Positions 59,721 to 64,000 of a stretch of DNA of 64,000 nucleotides are shown one piece after another. The first letter of the stretch is position 1. Every line of letters begins with the position of its first letter. This DNA is from Schmidtea nova (Eukaryota). Made by a program: the position numbers and the translations under genes. The stretch lies in NCBI GenBank assembly GCA_044892505.1, contig CM097884.1, forward strand, positions 11,346,001 to 11,410,000. The letters are read 5' to 3'. Below the pieces are notes generated by a model, which saw nothing but the letters and a program-made list of their open reading frames with translations, ran no database searches and was not told the DNA's origin.

Positions 59721-60200
59721 ACGATATCACGAAAATAATTTTACATCCATGTTTGCAATATAGTACACCCATATCATTCATTAAAACCATCCATATCTAA
59801 TACTATACAAAAATTTATTCATCTACCAATACACACATCCCACATAGTTTTACTCATTAACATCCATCAGCATCACACATCCATAAAATTCATACAAGAA
59901 ATTCACTCATTCACATTCATCGTTGAACTACCCATTTCATTCAACAACATCACCTATATCCAAATTCATCACACCGGGAATTCACCATTTCATTTATAAA
60001 AATACATATAATTCATCAACCCGCAACTACAACATCCCATAGCACAAATTCATTGCAATCCACAACATCCGATACCACAAATTTCTTGTATCGTACAACA
60101 TTCACATTCATAATTCATTAAATCCTTTCAACCAACAATCACCCATATCAATAGCATGCTCAGCAAAATATACATAAAATCTTTACACCTATTTGCGGTT
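59721..60200 (+). repeat. CA-rich dispersed repeat, copy 3
   Basis: acgatatcacgaaaataattttacatccat... matches the other two copies. Confidence 0.6.
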
Positions 60201-60952
60201 AAGTCAATTGTTCCATTCATATATGTTACCTATACATAATGTTAAATCCAAAATATTTCATGTAGAACTCTATTCATTTTTAATCAAAATTAAAATGATC
60301 ATCTCACTTAAGTGCATCCTATAACCTAACTACTCTATTTACAATTGATAACACCTATGCCATTAGTTCATCTATACTCATATTTATTAACATCATGTGT
60401 AAAAATTGGATGGTAACTTAAAATTTATTGAACCAACTTAGATCATTTTATTATATACCAAAAGCCGATGTCGATGCAACAACCTTTGAAGATTTTAACC
60501 ATCTCATTGTTTAATAAAAAAGAAAAAAACCAAATTTTAACTTTTATCGAAAATTTTTTTATTAGAATTTTTATCAAACGGAAGGATCTTGATCAATTAC
60601 ATCATAACAATACTATGTCTAAGAATTTAATCAAGTTTTTAACAAAAAATGTCGAACTTCAGTTACTTACTAAAAATTTTCTTGAAGAGAAAACATTCAT
60701 ACATAATTATCTAAAATTACGGAAAAGAGAAAATCAAATTTGATGTAAAATCTAGCATATAATTTATTATAGACAGACAAATTGGCAGAGGTGAGAGTTG
60801 TTGGAAATGAAATGAAGTTCCAAGTTCCATTCGAGATTTGGGCAAAGTTCCCGACAAGGAAGGGGGAATTTAATTTGAAATTTCGAATTTTTTCTGAAAA
60901 CATATTGGGAAGGTATTGAACGGAGCAACCTAAAGTTTTTGGAGAAACGTCG

Positions 60953-61270
60953 AAACCGCGAGTTACACGCTGCTGTTAATACACCTTGTTACTAAAAACA
61001 TAAAATACAAGCTATGAACCGGAATAGAAAAATATATCTATATAATTATTGATTTTTCCCACTCGTTAGAGGAAGATTGATTTTTTTGGGAAGTTCCTAT
61101 TCTGAAAATGAAAACCGGGAGTTACACGATGCTGTTAATACACCTTGTTACTAAAAACATAAAATACAAGCTATGAACCGGAATAGAAAAATATATCTAT
61201 AAAATTATTGATTTTTCCCACTTGTTAGAGGAAGATTGATTTTTGTTGGGAAGTTCATATTCTGAAAATA
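60953..61270. repeat. Near-identical ~160-bp tandem duplication
   Basis: gagttacacg(c/a)tgctgttaatacacc...ggaagttc(c/a)tattctgaaaat occurs twice. Confidence 0.9.
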
Positions 61271-62429
61271 AAATAAATAAATCGATAAACTGGTTAGATA
61301 AAAATAGCTTACATACTAAAGAAACCAATTAGGCTGCAAGTTATTTTTGGAAAAGTGTACAGCCTAGAATTCTTATTCCTATATAGAAAAATAAATTATC
61401 TTAATTTAATTAATTTAAAGGGGATATCCACCGAGAGTTGATGTGTTAATAATAATTTAACTTATTAAAAATTTTATATAACCTCAAAGGGAGATCTAAG
61501 ATCCAAAATTGCTAAATTGCATGAAAATTTTTCAGTTACCGTTACTAAGACCTCGGTAAAATTTTAAAAACTTGAATGTTAAATTTTCAATAAAACTTTT
61601 TATTTTAATTTATAGAGCAAGAGAGACATTAAGAATAGGATATGCATAGATTTTAGCTAAATTTTTACATCAAAATATAATTTAATAAATCACGGAAATA
61701 ATAGTAATTTAGGTTTGAATAGTGGCAAATGAATATACCCGAATATATTTATAAAAGATTATTTGATTACCGAATTAGAGTTGCGATGATATGTTTGAGT
61801 ATGAGCTTGGGAATAAACTAAAAATGTGAATATGCTTGTGTTTTTTGATAATATAATGTATAGCAGTTGATTGGAAAAATTGATTTTATTTAATTCTAGA
61901 ATTTGATCGGAAAAATCGAAGGAAAATTTATTTGAAAGCTTTGTTGGTGATTTTGAGCGACACCCAACTTGAATTCAAGTTTAGATAATCGAAAACAGGA
62001 ACGTTTGCTGGAACTCGTTGAAATGTTAGAAGTGATTTTATTTTGTTCATGGCTTGTATATGTGTATTAGACACCATTCATATAAATTTACAATTAACAA
62101 CAAGACATGATTAAACATAATTCAAACATCATCATAAATTACAAATGAAAAACAAGTCAAAACACACTTACCCATGCGACCGGCTGGTGAAAACACGAAA
62201 CCAATCAAATGAATAATTGCTAAGTGTAAAAAAAAACTCACCGACCAACTGATTTTCAGCGTGTCTATATATACTAAAATAGATTGACACCCACACATGT
62301 TTTCATTCAAATAATTATATTAACTATTAAACTTAATTTACTTGTTTTAATAAATGATTATTTATTTATTTTTTTGTAATTTTAATTTTATAATTTGATT
62401 TATTTATTTCTAAATATTTGTTTTTAATT

Positions 62430-63300
62430 CCATTAAATTATGTGTGTATCCATTGTTTTTTGTATATTAATTGATTGATTAAAATAATCAGATTTAACTC
62501 TGAAACCTTTCTTCAGATTATTAAACAATAAAAAATCATGACTGCATGGGGATGGTCCAACTGCATAAACCCACATTTTGCTACTCTTTCCTGTTTCAAT
62601 AAAATGTGTGAATTTGAGCGTTGTCATGAATCAAATATAAGTCCTGGTTTCATGCCTCGCGCCCTATAGCCCTGACTTTATTGATCAAAGTGATTTAGTA
62701 CTCCGAGTTGATAATGTCGTTAAAAGAATCAACCTTTAAGACTCCTTTAACATAAAAAAATACACCAACATCACGAATTTACAATGTAAAGTACTTAGAT
62801 AAAGCACCTTCGGTGGTTTCTTTCAAAGTAACACCTCTCTTTATTTTTTCCTCTGGAATGGTGTATCTAGAGACTTAAATGTATATCATCTTCTCTCACA
62901 ATATTTACCAGGATGTTTTGTTCAAGGCGATCCTATAGAAAAAGCTTAATTTTACAAGCAAAATGTTGTTTATCCATTATGCCTGCAGTTGAATGTCGTA
63001 GTATGAACCTGCTACACAATTTCCTGATTCCCAATTGATCCAACATAAGTGGTTTTGCTCTTTGCAAACATTTTATTTTACAGATAGCACAATTTGTGTG
63101 ATTTTCTTATCCATTTCCTTTAATTTTGCAATATTTTTCCCATTAATCTCTACAGGTCTTCAACTTTATGGACTGTCAATAGCACTTGTTCTGTCGGATA
63201 AAAACTCTCGAATCCAGTTATATATTGTATTCCTTGAGGAAGTTTCTTCTCAATATGTTCCATCAATCTGTGGAGTAATTTTTTTCTTTTCTACCTTATT
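62430..63300 (-). pseudogene. Decayed mariner (Tc1/mariner) transposase
   Basis: DQLGIRKLCSRFI; IHDNA; SPCSHDFLLFNNLKK corresponds to the mariner SPDLAPSDFxLF motif; multiple stops. Confidence 0.75.
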
Positions 63301-63528
63301 TAAAAGTAAAAACCGAATTACAATTCTAAATCGCACTGAATTAAACATTTTTTTAAAAATCATCCAATGACTGAAATTTAATATTAATACATTAAAACAA
63401 CTATAGATTTAAAAGATTTACATGTGTTTTATTTTTAATATAGAATAACTTTGTTCTAATTTTATTATTTCTATTCAAGTCAGTAGGGGATAGTGAGCGC
63501 ACAGAGCCACTTTTTTCAACTAGCAACG

Positions 63529-63930
63529 GTTGCTAGGGTGAACACACACATCAATACACAATCCCCGGGGGAAATGTTGCTAAGGTTAACACACACATCA
63601 ATATATAATCTCTAGGGAAGATGTTGCTAGGGTAAACACACACCAATGTATTTTCTTCGAGGAATCTGTTTCCAGGGTAAATACACACATTATGGTGACT
63701 TCCCTGAGGAACTTGTTGTCTGGGTAAACATACATACATACACATCAATATATAATTCTTAATGATAGATGTAGTTAAGGTAACTACACACAGCAATATA
63801 TAGTCCCCGAGGAACCTGTTGCCAGGGTAAACACACATCAATATATAATCCCCGAGGAACCTTTTGCTAGAGTAGACACACACATTAAAGTATTGCCTCC
63901 TTGGAACCTGTTACTAAGGTAAATACGCCA
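63529..63930. repeat. Diverged ~45-47-bp minisatellite, about 9 units
   Basis: gttgc(t/c)agggtaaacacacatcaatatataatccccgaggaacct-like units; starts within the palindrome CTAGCAACGGTTGCTAG. Confidence 0.85.
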
Positions 63931-64000
63931 TTGTGTAACGGCAGTGACTACTGTTGGTAACATCAAAACATACAACACATTAATTATTACCCGTAACACA

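Noticed and set aside
59065-59738. Mucin-like, QH-rich and GAV-rich ORFs, one with an apparent signal peptide
   Set aside because: The apparent signal peptide is LTR end plus PBS with a TTG start; the frames stay open because of 15-nt low-complexity repeats
1-64000. tRNA, rRNA or snRNA genes
   Set aside because: Only PBS-length tRNA complements were found; no full cloverleaf or rRNA/snRNA signature was recognised by eye

Overview
AT-rich eukaryotic (animal, plausibly invertebrate) genomic DNA with three N gaps, dominated by transposable elements. The flatworm-like impression is inference only. Host content is limited to three 3' exons of a zinc-finger gene (UBZ-like plus AN1 finger resembling the IGHMBP2 C-terminus; 1200-8876, +) and an intron-containing divergent histone H2A with macroH2A-like residues (46643-47090, +). 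The centre is a three-level nest of Ty3/Gypsy elements. Element C (16116-42599, -) is decayed and 3'-truncated, with order gag - [2x(helical+ubiquitin-like)] - Bcl-2-like - TM/signal - chuvirus/gB-like class III envelope - protease. Its 5' LTR is interrupted by element B (22935-42231, -), which is Gmr1-like (PR-INT-RT-RH). The gag of B is interrupted by a young tandem dimer A (26507-41460, +; CsRn1-like, LTR-int-LTR-int-LTR). The 1.66-kb LTRs of A carry a ~440-codon sense ORF that runs in frame through the PBS into Gag, preceded by a textbook splice acceptor. Other elements: a second ORF-bearing LTR family (43447-44203, with a related ORF at 13655-14212), a decayed CsRn1-like element (~52000-56480), a TRIM-like mini LTR element (58908-~59720), and hAT, Helitron and mariner remnants, dispersed repeats and minisatellites. 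The most novel-looking systems are the Ubl/Bcl-2/env polyprotein of element C and the LTR-encoded protein of element A. All domain calls are from motif recognition by eye and need HMM or structure confirmation.
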